A stretch of DNA of 64,000 nucleotides from positions 1,178,001 to 1,242,000 of the forward strand of contig JAYWIR010000006.1 in the NCBI GenBank assembly GCA_036172245.1, in the 5' to 3' direction. The stretch's first letter is position 1. Each line of letters begins with the position of its first letter. The position numbers and the translations under genes were made by a program. Below, piece by piece: positions 11,401 to 25,200 of the stretch. The notes under the pieces were generated by a model. The model was not told the origin of the DNA. It worked only from the letters and a program-made list of their open reading frames with translations, and did not search any database. Source of the DNA: Raillietiella orientalis. Its lineage: Eukaryota.

Positions 11401-14400
11401 AAGAGGGCTGCACTACAGAGGGCCATCCATTGGAAGAAACTCATTGTGAGGAGGTTCACTGTGAGATGGCCCATCTGGTAAGCACTAGGAGGCTAAGTTG
11501 AAAGCATCCTGCAGTGGACGTCGCGGGGCACACTGTGATCCCTTCCCAAACCTGCCAAATAAACAGTTTTTTGACTTTCTTTTTCATTTTCTTTTTCTTT
11601 TTTTCCATTCCCCATGTCTTCGCCCAAATGGCAAGGTCTACAAAAATTCAACACGTGGCAGGGCGAAGGGTCCTACCAAAATTACCAGTTTATTATTATT
11701 TTTTCAAAACAAATGCACCAGTGTGACCTGGTGAAAGAAAAAAAAATCCTGGGGTTGTCCTCCGGATCCCGGAGAGCAACCCCAGGAAGAGACCTACGAA
11801 GAGACGCAATCGAACGTCTCTTCGTGTGTGATGTGCTGCTACCAGCAGCGTGCTTAGCATCTGTTTGCTGCTTTTGCGGGATGGTGACGGCATGGAACGC
11901 CTACAGGAGAGACCAGCTCGATAGAGGTGGTGCCATCCTCTGACCGAAAATCTAGAAGAGAATCGCGAGGAGATGGCCCTGCCTGAATAGTGGTAGGATG
12001 GAACTTTGAAACAATCGTGACCATGCGAAGAAATAAAAAGGGAATTTTTGTGGACGCCAATCATTGCCAGAATCGTTGAAAGGATGCAGAGAATGCCAAA
12101 CAACGGAATGTGATCTTTACCAAACTACCCGAGGAATTCCTGTATGCTTATTATTATTTTTTCCTTTTCATTGAACCTCTCCCCCTCGTTGCCAAGGAGA
12201 TCGTCACTCGTCGTCGTACTGGCATCTCGACAGGTTCCGTATTCCGTTACCGTGCGACCGTTTGATATTTTTTTTTTTTAATAAACGCCCGGAGACACCA
12301 GGCGGAAAACCTTTCCACCGGTAAAGATGATGGAGTGTCCGGTTCCAGTTGGGAAGACTCGCCTTAAAGACGGAGTTTTGGATGACGCGTTGGTGCGTCC
12401 CTGCACTCCTCCGCCTTGCTGAGAGAGCAGCCGGCTTCAGAGGATAGGCATCGCTGCTCGTCGGCAGCCGCCGGAGCCTGGTGCATTGAGGGCATCAGCT
12501 TCGGCGGATGGTTGCCCTGGTGAAAGGGAACGCATGGATCTCCTGCCTCCCTGAGAACTGCGCTGCCTGGCCTCAGGAGACAGTTGACACGTGGGATAGG
12601 ATCCGCGACACGAGCGAGGAAGATTTCGCCTGTCAGCGAGGTGACAGGCACACTCGTCATTCGTCCAAGGAGATTGCAGGCAATCACCGAGAGTCCCTTT
12701 GGGCTTCGTCAACTTAGTCGCAGGGCTACCCTCCTTAAGGGAAACAAGTAGCAGCGGCACATCGGCGAGGCGGGACGTGACCTGCTGCATTTCGGGTAAA
12801 AGGTTGGTCGGCACGTGGACTCGCGAACGCTGCAACCCCGAGAGTCACACGAAAAGGACTGCTCCACCGGACAGAACATCTCCACGATGAACCACAATGG
12901 CTCCGCTATTCTTGTCGACAGTTCCACGCTTCCCTTAACGTGGCAGAGTCGGCGTTGCTGGTCATGCATCGAGGTCTCCCGTGCGTCTCCACCATTGGAC
13001 GCGGGGGAGTGTGGATGCGAACTGCACCAGGCGCGAGGAACGGGAAACGCTCCCGCATCTGCGTGTGGACTGTGTTGCCCTTCATCCCTCATCCCTTGCA
13101 GCATGCTGGCCTCATTACTTGTGTATGCTTTCCAGGTGGGGGCATCTCGCGGCGACCCTCATAAAGAGTTTCGCCCAACGGATGGCGTCCCTGTCGTGAT
13201 GGCCTCTTCTTGCGGCACTTCTAGCCGCCTCTACCCCGCGCAGGCAGAAAACCACTGCTGAGGGTGGAGCTGCGGCAGTGCCTCACTCACGAAGAGGCGT
13301 TTCATGAAGTACTTGGGGCTGCTCTCATGGGATTTGTTGTTCGAACGTAGTGGCAGGACTCTCAGCCCCACCACCGCCGGTCGCGGCAAGATTTACGCAA
13401 GTAGTAGAACCAAGTGTTCTACCACTCTCTCGTTAATGATATGACTTTTATTATTATTTTGACAACGCAAATCCACTGAGAAATCACTTCACCCGAACAG
13501 CACGCGATCGCGTCACGTGCCGACCAACTTACCACACGTTTCAAGGTGCGCCACCTCAGCGCGGTGGGTGGTGACTCTAGCCCGCCCGAGTTGACTAAAA
13601 CGCCCATCGCAGGGTCCACTCTCGCCAGTTTTGCTAAATACCTCCCGGGAGGCATCTCGGCGAAAAGACCATGCTTCACTGTCCACGGATACTCAGAAAC
13701 CAATCGGAAAGAATAGAATCTTTCCGAGAAACAATAAAATGGACAGGACCCGGCCCTGTCTACACTATCATCGGCAAAGATCTCGGGATGTTCGCCCCTC
13801 CTAGATACAGCCCCGCGAACTTTTCCACAACTCAGGTGAACAGCTTTTCCTCCAGAAAGCTCCTGATTTGAACTAGGAAGTGCTGAATGAAATGACATTC
13901 GCCAGCACCAGCTACTACTCCAAAGAAGAAAACTGCGCTCAGTCATTACTTACACGGTAACACCCAGACACTACAAGAACCTGCCTGTAGGAGTCCAGGT
14001 AAGCTCTTCAGAATACTTGCAACAAGGGTGGCGACAAGAACCGCATCGATCGAAGAGCAGCAAGTGAATCACAGAGTGTGCCCTGGACCGACAGAAGCGG
14101 ACTGGAACCATTCACAAACAGTTACTCTACCAAGGCAGACACGATCGTCCTTGTCTTGCAAACTGCGTTTCCCACTGTACTGAGGGTCACCGTTCCGATT
14201 CAGGCACGGAACCTGGTCGCTAGGGGGTTTGGGACGTTCCGTCCGTCCGGACAAGATCTTCAATCTTTCTCAAGATGTAGCGCTACGTCCAGGCTGCAAT
14301 TCGGCCGCGGTTCCCTAAGCCAGTCTCCTTCCAGAATGAGACCTCTGAAGATTCCCATGGTAACTTTTTCGTTTCCCATAGCTTTGCCTTTCTCTCCACA

Positions 14401-16961
14401 GACCTATTCCCGTGACCTAGGGCTGTGAGTGACACAGGCAAGGGTGCAAATGAAAAACAAAGACACGCACAGAAATAACCTGCGTTCACTTGCTGTGAAT
14501 TCCCTCAGAAGAGTGGAGCTGCCGCTCCTGCGCGGGTACGGCGCATACGGAGCCACGGTCGATGTGCTTCAGATACTACGTACACAAGACGGACAGGATG
14601 AGCACTGAACACCACACAACCTTTATGCAAAAGATGTACTCTTTGTGACAGAAGCGATCCGCCTCACCCATTCGAAAAACAAACCGAACTCAACGACAGG
14701 ATTAAGGGTCAGGAAATGGCAAATGAAAATCTTCGACCTTCTTCGACACCCTGTCCACTCATCCAACATATATTGGTAGTACGTTGCAACACTGGCAACA
14801 CAAGATCACGCAAGTATCCCTGGCAACAAAAGGGAGCCACCTGCATGCAGAGATGTAGGAAAATCGAAGCGGTTCACCCGTTATATAACGGTTCCTTTAG
14901 GGCTATTAACTCCCTCCTGAGCTTGCTTCAAGGGAGTCCCATCAGCCAAAGTGGATGGTTGGAAGCCCTGGAGCAGCAATGACCTTGACCTATTATGAAA
15001 CTTTGAATAGGTGAGGTCTAGCGTTCTTGAGAGCTGAAGCTCGGACTATCAGGGCAGTGTAGCACCGTCAGTAAGCCAATTTCACAGAGCAGAACTGGCA
15101 ATGAACCGCACGTTGGGTTAATTCACCGGATGCGAAGCGTACCCGATATCATGGAAAGTGCTGGTTGCCATGGACATCCATGCAAGGTTGGAATCTAAGC
15201 AGTGCACTATGACTTGCCTGCCAAAGCAGCCGGTCCTGAGGATGGATGGTGCTCCTGCACCTAAGGCAGATGATGACCGTTCCGGTTTTTCGGCCATCTT
15301 CAGAGGACGCCAAGGAGTTAGCTACGATCCTCACCCTTCCCCCCCCCCCAGATACACACACACTGCAGTTAAAAAAAGCAATTATTTTTGGGTTTTATTT
15401 TCTTTGTTTCTATGCCCCTTCCATTTTTTTCCTCTTCTGCAGACTTGGTTTGGCACTCTGCTTGCGAGAAGAATCTGGACTAGTGCAGATGCAGTGGGCT
15501 TTCTAATTCTACTACGATAAAGAACTTCTTGTTTCCATTTATTTTTTTACTATTCATTACTATTGATACACTTTTCAATTAATGTACCGGAGTGACCGGA
15601 AACAAAAGTACCTGCACAATTTGGAGCGATCCGTGCTGGATTTGCTGAATTTTTTATTCAGTCAAAATGAACTTTGGAAGTTTTTTCTTCTTTTTAGAAC
15701 TCCCATACGATATTTTTTTTGTACCTATTAAGAATGTTGAAATACATAGTAGGATATGGTGTTGTCAAGAAAATGACAATTTTGTGGTCTCTGCAGCACT
15801 CCTCCCCACCTTCACTCGAGAAAATGAACTATTATAATGTATTATGTGTATCTGTTTTCATAAAGATGATCAAGGTTTTAATGCTTGATTATTCAAAGCG
15901 TGAATATCTATCAAAGATCCTGAGCAACGCAACAAATGTTTGGATAAGTTTAATCTTTGAAAAGCGTTATAAATAAATTCCACGATATTATTCCATCAAA
16001 GGAGCTCAAAGGAGATAATGAAAAAGAGATATCTCCATTACACATTGCAAGTAAAACCAGTTCAGAGGAATTGAGAGAGATTCTGTAAATAATAAAGCAG
16101 TGGATAAAAAAACCTCATCATGAATATATAGGTTTGTCATTATATCATCAATTCCCATTTTCAAAGCTGAAGTGATATAAAATGGAAGACCACTTAACTA
16201 AGTGAAAATGATTTGTTTACTGACTAGAACTCCCTCCATATTAAAGAATTCGCAGACTGAATTGAATACTCTTTAAAAGCAAAGAGTATGCTTGCATTTC
16301 AGCCTATGACTATTATATCTGAAGATTCAAAAGAAAAGTTTAAAAGCTCCAGACACTGCTAGATAAGCTTGTCATGCCAAATGATGGAACAATATGTAAG
16401 TAGTGTTTTTCATTTAATACGTATGAATAGAAAACAATCCCAAGTCGAATCTCTCATTTGATTCCTAACCACATTCCATCCTTCATGGATGCACTCGTGC
16501 AGTGCACGTTGTCCTTCAGCCATCATTTGAGAAATTTCTATGCTAGTACCATCAGTTTCGTCCTAATGAATACTGTTAATTGAGCACCTGTTGCTCAGCT
16601 CTTCTTTTGGTGAATGCTCCCATTTCGCTTTTTCTATTGCTCCCTCACTTTATGTTTCCATAAGTTTTCTTGCACATCGTTTATCTTGTAGAATGGTGGT
16701 AATTGTGTGTGTTTAAGCAGCGCGCTGGAGCAGAGGGGATGGAGAAACACAGCGAAGGTGCAGCAGTGTTTTTTCGTCACCGTGCAGTAGGGCGACGGAC
16801 TCGTTTTTTGCTCAACTTAAAAGACGTTCATCTTTGAAAGACTTTGAAATCTGTCGTTCATCGTGGATTGGTTTCATGGGGGTTCTCTTTGCATCGTAGT
16901 GGAGGAGTCAGTAAAGTTGAAACTTATTCATGTGGACAATGTGTTAACGGAAAAAGACTTG

Positions 16962-17720
16962 ATGGCATCTCCCGATAGCGGTGGCATAAGCGCTTACAAG
17001 AAAGGCAAGATCTTCAAAGAACTGAAAAAAAATTGGGATTTATTCTATAAAAGAAATGAAAGTAGATTCTTTAAAGACAGACATTGGCTTGTGCGTGAAT
17101 TCAACGAATTAGAAGAAGAAAATTTGGGAAAACATAGTACACTGTTGGAACTCGGTTGTGGAGCTGGAAACTTGTTATTTCCTTTGTTAGAAGACAATGT
17201 GACGTCTTTTATCTTTGCTTGTGATTTTTCTCCAGAAGCTATCAAATTAATAAAGTCTCATCCATTGTATGATGAGAGCAAGCTTGAAGTGTTTGAATGT
17301 GATATTGTTAAAGAATCCTTAACTAATTACTTAGGGAAAAGGTTAGTTGACTTTGCCACCTTAGTGTTTGTATTGTCTTCCATACCTCCAGAACATTTCA
17401 TACAAGTACTGAGAAACATAGTTTCTGTCTTAAATGTTGGAGGGTTAATATTGTTCCGTGACTATGGAATTAACGATTTAGCACAACTGAGATTTCATAA
17501 AAGAAAACAGTTAAGTCATCAACTTTATGCACGACAGGATGGAACACTGACTTATTTTTTCACAATTGATGAACTTCAAACTATATGTGAAGAAGTAGGA
17601 TTATATGTCGAGTACTGCAATTTTGTTCATAAGGAGATTGTAAATCAAAAAGAAAAGATTCAATTGCCCCGAGTATTTATACAAGGAAAATTCAGAAAGG
17701 TGATGTATGATCAGGTTTAA
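16962..17720 (+). CDS. METTL6: tRNA N3-methylcytidine methyltransferase, METTL6-type (METTL2/6/8 family); coding region intronless
   Basis: Family motifs KNWDLFYKRNESRFFKDRHW..REF.EL, SAM-binding LLELGCGAGN, FACDFSPEAI, FVLSSI.P, LFRDYG..DLAQLRF, YARQDGTLTYFF and LPRVFIQGKF. The first in-frame ATG is at 16962; the frame is open from 16863. Confidence 0.9.
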   Translation: MASPDSGGISAYKKGKIFKELKKNWDLFYKRNESRFFKDRHWLVREFNELEEENLGKHSTLLELGCGAGNLLFPLLEDNVTSFIFACDFSPEAIKLIKSHPLYDESKLEVFECDIVKESLTNYLGKRLVDFATLVFVLSSIPPEHFIQVLRNIVSVLNVGGLILFRDYGINDLAQLRFHKRKQLSHQLYARQDGTLTYFFTIDELQTICEEVGLYVEYCNFVHKEIVNQKEKIQLPRVFIQGKFRKVMYDQV

Positions 17721-20700
17721 TTTTTAATTACATGCTTGTGATGATACAGTAGATATGACATTAAATGACCTCATCATATCCTCAAACTACATGAAGTTTC
17801 TTCACTGTATGTCTTCTCTAAGTAACTTCTTATAAGCATAATTCATTTTCTGCTCTTGATTATCTTACTTTTCATTCTCATTTCGAGGTCAAGCTGAAAA
17901 TAAGTTTTCAAACTGAATATCATGCATAGGTTGCTTAGGTTCTGGATGATGATTTAAGGCGAATATGAATGGTTGAGCTTGCTCCCATGTGAACAGAAAG
18001 CCTATCTGAATTCAAAGTTCAGTTTTGTGATATTTTAGCTATTTCTAGGTTGCTCCTTCATAAACTGATCTACATCTCAATTAACAAGTACAGTGTTAAT
18101 TTCTTTTTACATGGTTAAAGTTTGGAATCCAATGGTAAGATAGTTTTATTATTATTTATGTCCTGAAAAGTTTGATTGTTTTTAACATATCATTTTTTCA
18201 GAATTATTCAGCATCAGCCATTCAAAGTAACCACTGGTTTGCATCTAACAAATTTCCAAATGACACATGAAGTTCTTTTCACTTAGAGTGGCAGAAAGGT
18301 TGCCAAGATTAAGTGAAAAGAATTAACACAAGCAGATTTGGTGATTTGGGTAGATTCCTTAGTCTACTGAGAACCAAGTTATTAAAAGTATTTCTTTTGA
18401 GAGAAACAGAGTGATTCATTCTTGAATGCAGTAATTCTTGAGAATAAAATTGTCCAAGAGTTTTAAAAATTAAATCTCACTTAAGGCAAACCATTCCTTT
18501 GAAAGTTAGACAGGTATGAAATGTCTAAATTCCATGGGGGCCTAAAAAGATCTTTACAAATCTCAACGAGCCACTGGGAAATCTGTATTGTGATTTGTTT
18601 AGACAAAGAATTCAAACATCAGCTACAATCACTGCAAGTCATATTAAGTATAGAGAGGAATATATAAACATTTAGAGTGTTTGAAGGAATCTTGGAAATG
18701 AAAAAAGCTGTTAATGCAATTACCTGAAAGTTTGTATGGTCTTTTTTTGATGTAGTACCAAATTGTGTATTTAAACACGTTATGATGTGTAGCTTTCAAT
18801 CCAGTTCGAAATTTCGTTTTCATTCTACTGTGAAAGTAAAGCTTAAGTATACAGTTATAGGTGTGAATTTCAAGTAATAGGTGTTCTGGAGAGCAAACCT
18901 AAGCTTTTGTAGGAGACCACATGAATTGTATGTTGTGAAAACGTGATATCAGGTTATTTAGCTTCCATTTAAGACAAGATGCGCAGTGTTTGCATTATTC
19001 GTGAGGCAGAAATTTGTTACGTTGTAATCAGATATGATGAAGAAAGGAAGTTTGGTGTGTAGCAGTGTTGCTTTCGAACCAGTCAAATGTTTTACCTTGG
19101 TTTCGAAACACATTAGAAAATTAAGAAAGCCTTTCGTTGTGTTTGAAAGTTTCGAATAGAAACTGCTCGCCTTATTTTAAGAGTTAATTAAATATTCTAC
19201 CGTGATTATTGGATTGGAAGCATCGATGCTCCTGGCCGTTGCCACCACTTGGGTTTTTTGTTGTCAACGAACGATACATTTGTGGGTTTCGTGGAGTTCT
19301 TGCACAGCATGCCTGTTTCACCTTGAAAGCTTTACTCCCTATGTTGACAGCACCTGACATGTTGTGTTTCCTACAAGAACAGGCTGGCAGTGAGAAAGAA
19401 CGAAGGTCCAGAACAAGTCAACCACAATATCCCTAATGTAATCTGTGCTCTTCGGATTTATTTTTCTTAGAAATAAGTCGTCTTAATAGACTGATTAAAA
19501 AGCCCAAGTTTCCCTTGTGGTTCCAAAAGAAAAAAAAGGAATCAAAGGATTATGCAGTAAATAATTCCAACTTTGCATGTTCTAACAAAAGTCATACACT
19601 GTACGGGAAATTTTGCTCGAACATGATTGTGCCTTGCGTTTAGCGGCAACTAATAACCAGCATGTCTGACTTTGGCAACGCACTAATCATAAAATTCTTC
19701 GGAATTCTTGTACCATGTTCCAACATAAAAACACTGTCGAGGACCGAGAAGTTGTGACTAAAACACACACACCCACACAAAAGCTCCATAATTACGAAGC
19801 CAGATTTCTCGTTATTACGAGGTTCCGACTTGTGCGGGTTGAGAAATCTGGAAATTGGAGCGGAAATGAGTTTGTCAATCCTGCATCGTTTCCCTTCCGG
19901 GGAGCCCTTTTTCGTGTCCTCTTGGAGGATGTATACCTTTTTTACTTCGTTTTTCCTTCGCACTTATTTCAAGGGACTTCCATTTCAGTTCATGCTCGCA
20001 TCACCACAGCTGAACGAGAATTATTGGATCATAATTCTCTTTATGGATACACTTACTCTGTGTGTCCTTGTCGCCTCTTTGCCCCAGATGTGTTCTAAGC
20101 ATTTACAATATGGATACAATGCACAATATGTTCCTAAATATTTAATGATATTTCACGATTTCTTTCCAATGATAGCCACAAGTTGTGTATGGTCAGTAAT
20201 TCTGCTTGAAGAGAACTCGCCACGGATGCAGTAGACTTGGATTAGGTTGTGGATATGCTTCATTTAGAAAGAAAGAAAAAAAATCAGCCATTTCGAAAGA
20301 GTTTGCTGCATCTCATGATGCTGAAAGGATAATGTAAAGATGAGGAAGGTAATCAATGAAATTTATATTGTTCCGCTGCTCTTATATATACGGGTATAAT
20401 TGATTTGTTCCACGCAAACTTATGCAACCTAAGCAGTAGGCGTGGTGGAAACTGAAAGCACGGACAACCAAATTAAAATCAGTCAATTCAGGGTGTATCT
20501 GAAACTTTCGTGTGCACATACACCAGAGCTGTTGAATGTCCGTTTTGTGCTTTTGGCAACAACCTTTTGGTCTCGAAGTCAGGAAGGTGTGGCCATTTCT
20601 TGGTGAAGCAGAGTTGCCCTATGCCGAATGTTCGAGCACGTCTTCCGAAGTCCTCACCAAACAGAGTCAGAAATGTTAACAAGAATTTTCAAATTGCTTT

Positions 20701-21290
20701 GACATTTAATAAACTGACGTTTCCTCCTCTCGAAACTTTTGTTTCGCATTTTAAGCCTTAAATGGAAAATTCACGAGCAAAAAATTTTTAAACTCACGGT
20801 GTTCGAAACTTATGCAAAACCCATTGAATCGAGGGTTCAGTGTCCAGAACACTAAGAAATTAAGGGAGGGCGTAAGGTTCTCACTGTAGCTTTTAATTCA
20901 TTCTATGTAGCGGCGAGTTGTTATTCCCGTTTCCTTTCCGTGCCTTGGGATACAGCTGCATGTGTCTACAACACCTTTTAGGGGTTCGTGTTCTTACAGG
21001 CGGGAGTGCAAACCCTCGTTAGCACTCTGATCGCAGACGAAAGTGCCTTGTCAAATCTGTCCGATTACGGGGAACCAACACTCTTGGATTTTTGTATTCC
21101 AGTGCATTCGTAGTGATGGTTTCATGAACGAACCCAAAGGTTTTTTCTCTCAGATTCCAAACAGGGCAAATTCGATCTTCAATGTGTAGTGATATTCAAG
21201 AGAAAAAGTAGTCCAAGAATATGGGTTTGAAAATTTCAACGTGGTATGGACCCTCAAATTAAATGAGGCTGTAATTCAAGTCTTTGAAAA

Positions 21291-22248
21291 ATGGCAGGAA
21301 TGAAATTAGTTCCTTCTTTGTGGAACATGAAGTGTGGTGTTCTGAGTAGGGTAATTATGAAAAATTACTTCCATGTGACCTCAAAAATGAATCATCTCAT
21401 GGAGTTCTTTGATTCTCCAAAAAATTGGGGTGAAACAGAAGTAAAGGTAGGAAGATCATGGAAAAAAAGTGAACTTCGGCTCAAAAGTAATTCAGATCTG
21501 CACAAATTATGGTAATCATTCGTGTTTTGCTGGTTGTTAATATGCTAATAAATTACAATATTAATTCATAGGTACGTGCTCCTAAAGGAGAGAAACATGC
21601 TTCTTACAATGGAAGAAGAATGTAAAAGGGAAGCACAGTTATTTCCCAATGCTGAACGAATTGATAAGGTTACAGATTCTTCATAAATTGTAAATCCATG
21701 TTATTTGTTTTGTTAGGTGGAAGAAAGCATGAAGCATTTGGAAGATGTTGTTCGGGAAAGGAACAGAGCATACTGGGAATTAGAAGTAGGAGAAACAGGT
21801 GAAATACCTACAGTGAAGAAGCCTGGAACATTTGGTAGATTTCATATTTTCATGTTAATTTTGAATTGAAAGTCTGTTAGCGGACTGGATTGATGTTAAA
21901 GCTGTGGAGCACAGAGTACCTAAAGGTATGAATCCCGACTTCAAGGAAGCAGGAATACCTTCAACCAGTGCATATCGTAGGGAGTATGAAATCTTGAGAA
22001 ATGAACAAGTTTTTCTGAAAAAGAAAAGAGCAGCTTGGTAGGCAATTTTATGCTTTTTACATAAAGCATAGAAAATTCTCAGTCGTCAGAGAAAACATGT
22101 GATGGGGTTGCTACGTCGTTTCCCAGACATTGAGGAGCCCTTGTTGAAAGAGAAATACTCTGATGTTGATTTGGATAAGATAAAACAGTCACGTAAAGCA
22201 GATGGTCACTATTCTCCATTGGAAAGAAATCCCAGACTTCAAGGATAA
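21291..22248 (+). CDS. MRPL47: Mitochondrial large-subunit ribosomal protein L47 (uL29m)
   Basis: Exons 21291-21511, 21572-21668, 21717-21834, 21881-22037, 22083-22248. The spliced protein contains [58 protein letters not shown]...[38 protein letters not shown] and a basic, presequence-like N-terminus. Confidence 0.95.
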
Positions 22249-25200
22249 GGTACTTTGTTTTCAAACCATGCATCATGTACTTATTACTTACTTCCCTTGA
22301 TCATATTAGTGAAATGAAGAATTTGCCACAGATTCACCTCTGATAGCAGAGTGTTTTGAGGGTGTTCCCATTCCATTCTGGTGCTCTGTTCTACCAGAAG
22401 TAAAATTTGAAGAAATCACAGCATGAAATTATTTACTGTGATGCTAGTGAAGTACCTTGTTGTTGGAGCCAAAATGGTTTTATGCAAGAAGGAAAACAAT
22501 ATAACAAATAAGGAGATTCCTAAGTTTTTCTTAAGATAATTACAGATAATTTTGATGAGTTTTGATGTGAAAAACAAAACAAAGCAAAAAAGGAAGGATG
22601 AAGGAGAAAATTTTCATCCTTTTTTCGAAAGAAAAATTATTGCATGTAATACCAACAACATTGCATGCCTGCCATGCCTGCTGAAAACAGCAGCAGCATG
22701 TGATGTTAGTTGAAACAGCTTCAGTTAATGGGAAACAGAGTGCAAATCTGTTTTATGTTTTGTATTTTGTGCACAGAAGCACAGCTCACCCTATAGTGAA
22801 GTGCAATGCCATTGACTCCAGTATGAACAACCATAACCCATGAGAAGGATAAATATCTACATGAAAGTATAAGAATCAGGTGGAGGACCTAATGAACCTT
22901 AGTGGATGTTTGGAACGGAACTGCCTGCATTGGACATGTACACATGAGAACACTTTTGTTTGCTACAGTGTTTAAAAATGTGGAAAGCACATGCACCAAC
23001 GAATTTAGGAGAAGAACGCCAAGCTAAGCATCACCGTGAATGGTGTAGGTACTTTGGTCAGCCACCGTTCTTCCGAATAACACGTCATGTACGAAACGGG
23101 CATGGTTTTAGTGATATTGATTGTGCTTTCACCTTGGAGACGAAGCACACTCATACTTGGGTTGATGGGAAAAGTAAACTCGGGGAATCCGTCTGAGTAC
23201 TTAAAGCTTGCCGATTTCCCTGCTGTTCAGCGATTGCGCGCGTACTTAACACATGAATGTGGAAGCTCTTGGTGTGGGTATGCACGTGGTAGTTTCGTGA
23301 ACATGCATACCGTCATGCAATGTATAAAATCTCAACTGGATACGCGGCTTTTGATTGCGAAGGCACAAAAAGTTTCAGCATGAAACATTGGATGCATACG
23401 TACGTAGTGTATATATCGATAATATACGTGAATCCACACCACGGACTATGGCGTGGTGGTGCTATGAAGCGAAAGCTCATGGATCCGACAGTCGGCAATG
23501 CCATTCGCGCGCGCTTATAAGATCGCAGGGCTCATCAGCATGACGAAAGCGATCGAGCAGCTTCCGCTCCACGCCTTCGTGGATGACTTCAGACGGGTTT
23601 TTTTTATCGAAAGGCGCCCCCCCCCCTTGAGGTCGAGGATGTCGGCTTGGGTGAAGAATGTTCGGACACAACAAGTCTGCTGTCACCAACATCAGCGGCC
23701 TTTCATTCCATCGGGATCGACCTCCAGCGTTACCAATTGTGTTCGGCATCCATTTTCTATTTGGGAAGGGAACTACTTTATGGGCACGAATTCACTTCAC
23801 TTGAATTCATCCGTTCGTTCAGATTCACGCATTCTGATCTGGTGTATGCATCCCAGCTTCTTTTCGGCCAGAACTTGGGATGAGTAGTTTCCGTAAAGGT
23901 TTCGAAGGGAGGGATGAGACCGTTAAACGAGACATTTTCTCTTTACTCTTAAGAACCTGCTCGAACGTGGCAAAGAATTCTTGTAATTGACAGAACAGAT
24001 GGTTACCCATCTGCAATTCTTCCAGTCCCATGATTTCTTAGTCTGTTGTCATTTACTTTGGATTAAAGATAAGCAAGCGTGCTGCAACGAAACGATATTT
24101 CTCAAACAGGTAAAATTCCACGCACAAAACGGAATAAAATGAGTTTCTTTGAACAATGCGTTGGATTATTTTCAAATCTCGGCTTTGTCCCATAGATTTC
24201 ATTAAGAGGATGCTTTTCATTAAAACTTATTGGAACCTCTAATCCTCTAAGAAAATCCACGTTCTCTATATTTATGCCAATCAGAATTCTATTCATTGAA
24301 GTCTGTTGAAACGAACCTTTGGATATAATGTTCAAAATATCAACTTTGCAAGTTGGTAATTTTTTCTTAATTTTCGTTTCCTGTTAAAAAGAGAACAGGT
24401 GAGAAACTCCCGTAAAAAACAACAACAACAAAAGTGAGCTGTCTCGTGTGCCTCTCCAAAATGGTTGAATAGAATAACTCAACAGGCTAAAATGGACATA
24501 TTCGATCCACTGTTCTCTGTTTAGCATTTGCTCAAACTTATTATTTATGCAGACGAAGTAGCTTCTTAGTAGGGACTTTGAACTCTAGCTTCTGGAGGTC
24601 TGCTATGTATTCAATGCTACCCATTATTTTGTTCCCCCCCCCCCCCCTGAAGAATTTGTGCTACTTGGAGATGTACAATTAAAAAAATGCGTCTTAGTAA
24701 CTGCATTGGAATGCACTTTAATGTGGGTGGCTTTTGCAATGTCAAAACAAACAAATATGTTTTTGATATGTATTGCTTATTTTATAGTTTCTTTCATACT
24801 ATTTGGATAATCTGAACAAAGTTTGGCACAGTGTATTGGAAAATGTTGAGCAAGTCTCGAGGAATTCTTTTTTGAAAGAAGCTGTTACCTTCTTTATCCA
24901 TTCCCGTTTCATTTTCTTTGCAAATTAATGATGGATGCATTCAGCACGTACTGGTCATCAGTCACGTCTTCCATATTTTCACAAATATTTAACTGTTGTT
25001 TTCTGGATAAGCACTTCCATTTAATGTATTGCGGTCTTCTGACCCTTACAAGATTAGGAATTTTTGATTCATAGCCTTGAAAATTACCCAATGCATGCAA
25101 ATGAATTTGAGACTTCACCATAGTTATGTATTTACACGAATATGTTATTTATTGATTTTCAAAAATACAAAGTATATGCCAAGATGAATTTAAAAAATCC

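Noticed and set aside
12760..12810. Minus-strand LLPEMQQVTSRLADVPLLLVSLK resembling a small-GTPase segment
   Set aside because: No NKxD, P-loop or DxxG motif found nearby in a compatible frame.
14920..15280. LQGSPIS and KADDD resembling non-LTR reverse transcriptase motifs
   Set aside because: Wrong spacing, no YADD and no other RT motifs; insufficient to call a LINE.
16023..16088. KEISPLHIASKTSSEELREIL*, ankyrin-like
   Set aside because: Single partial repeat closed by stops, with no second repeat or exon structure.
17725..18000. Minus-strand protein-like frame interrupted by stops
   Set aside because: Stop frequency is about what random AT-rich sequence gives, and no homology is recognisable.
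20880..21100. Possible structured RNA upstream of MRPL47 (ctgatcg...gaaa, hammerhead- or RNase MRP-like words)
   Set aside because: Stem topology does not fit a hammerhead and the conserved RNase P/MRP boxes are incomplete. An Infernal/Rfam scan would settle it.
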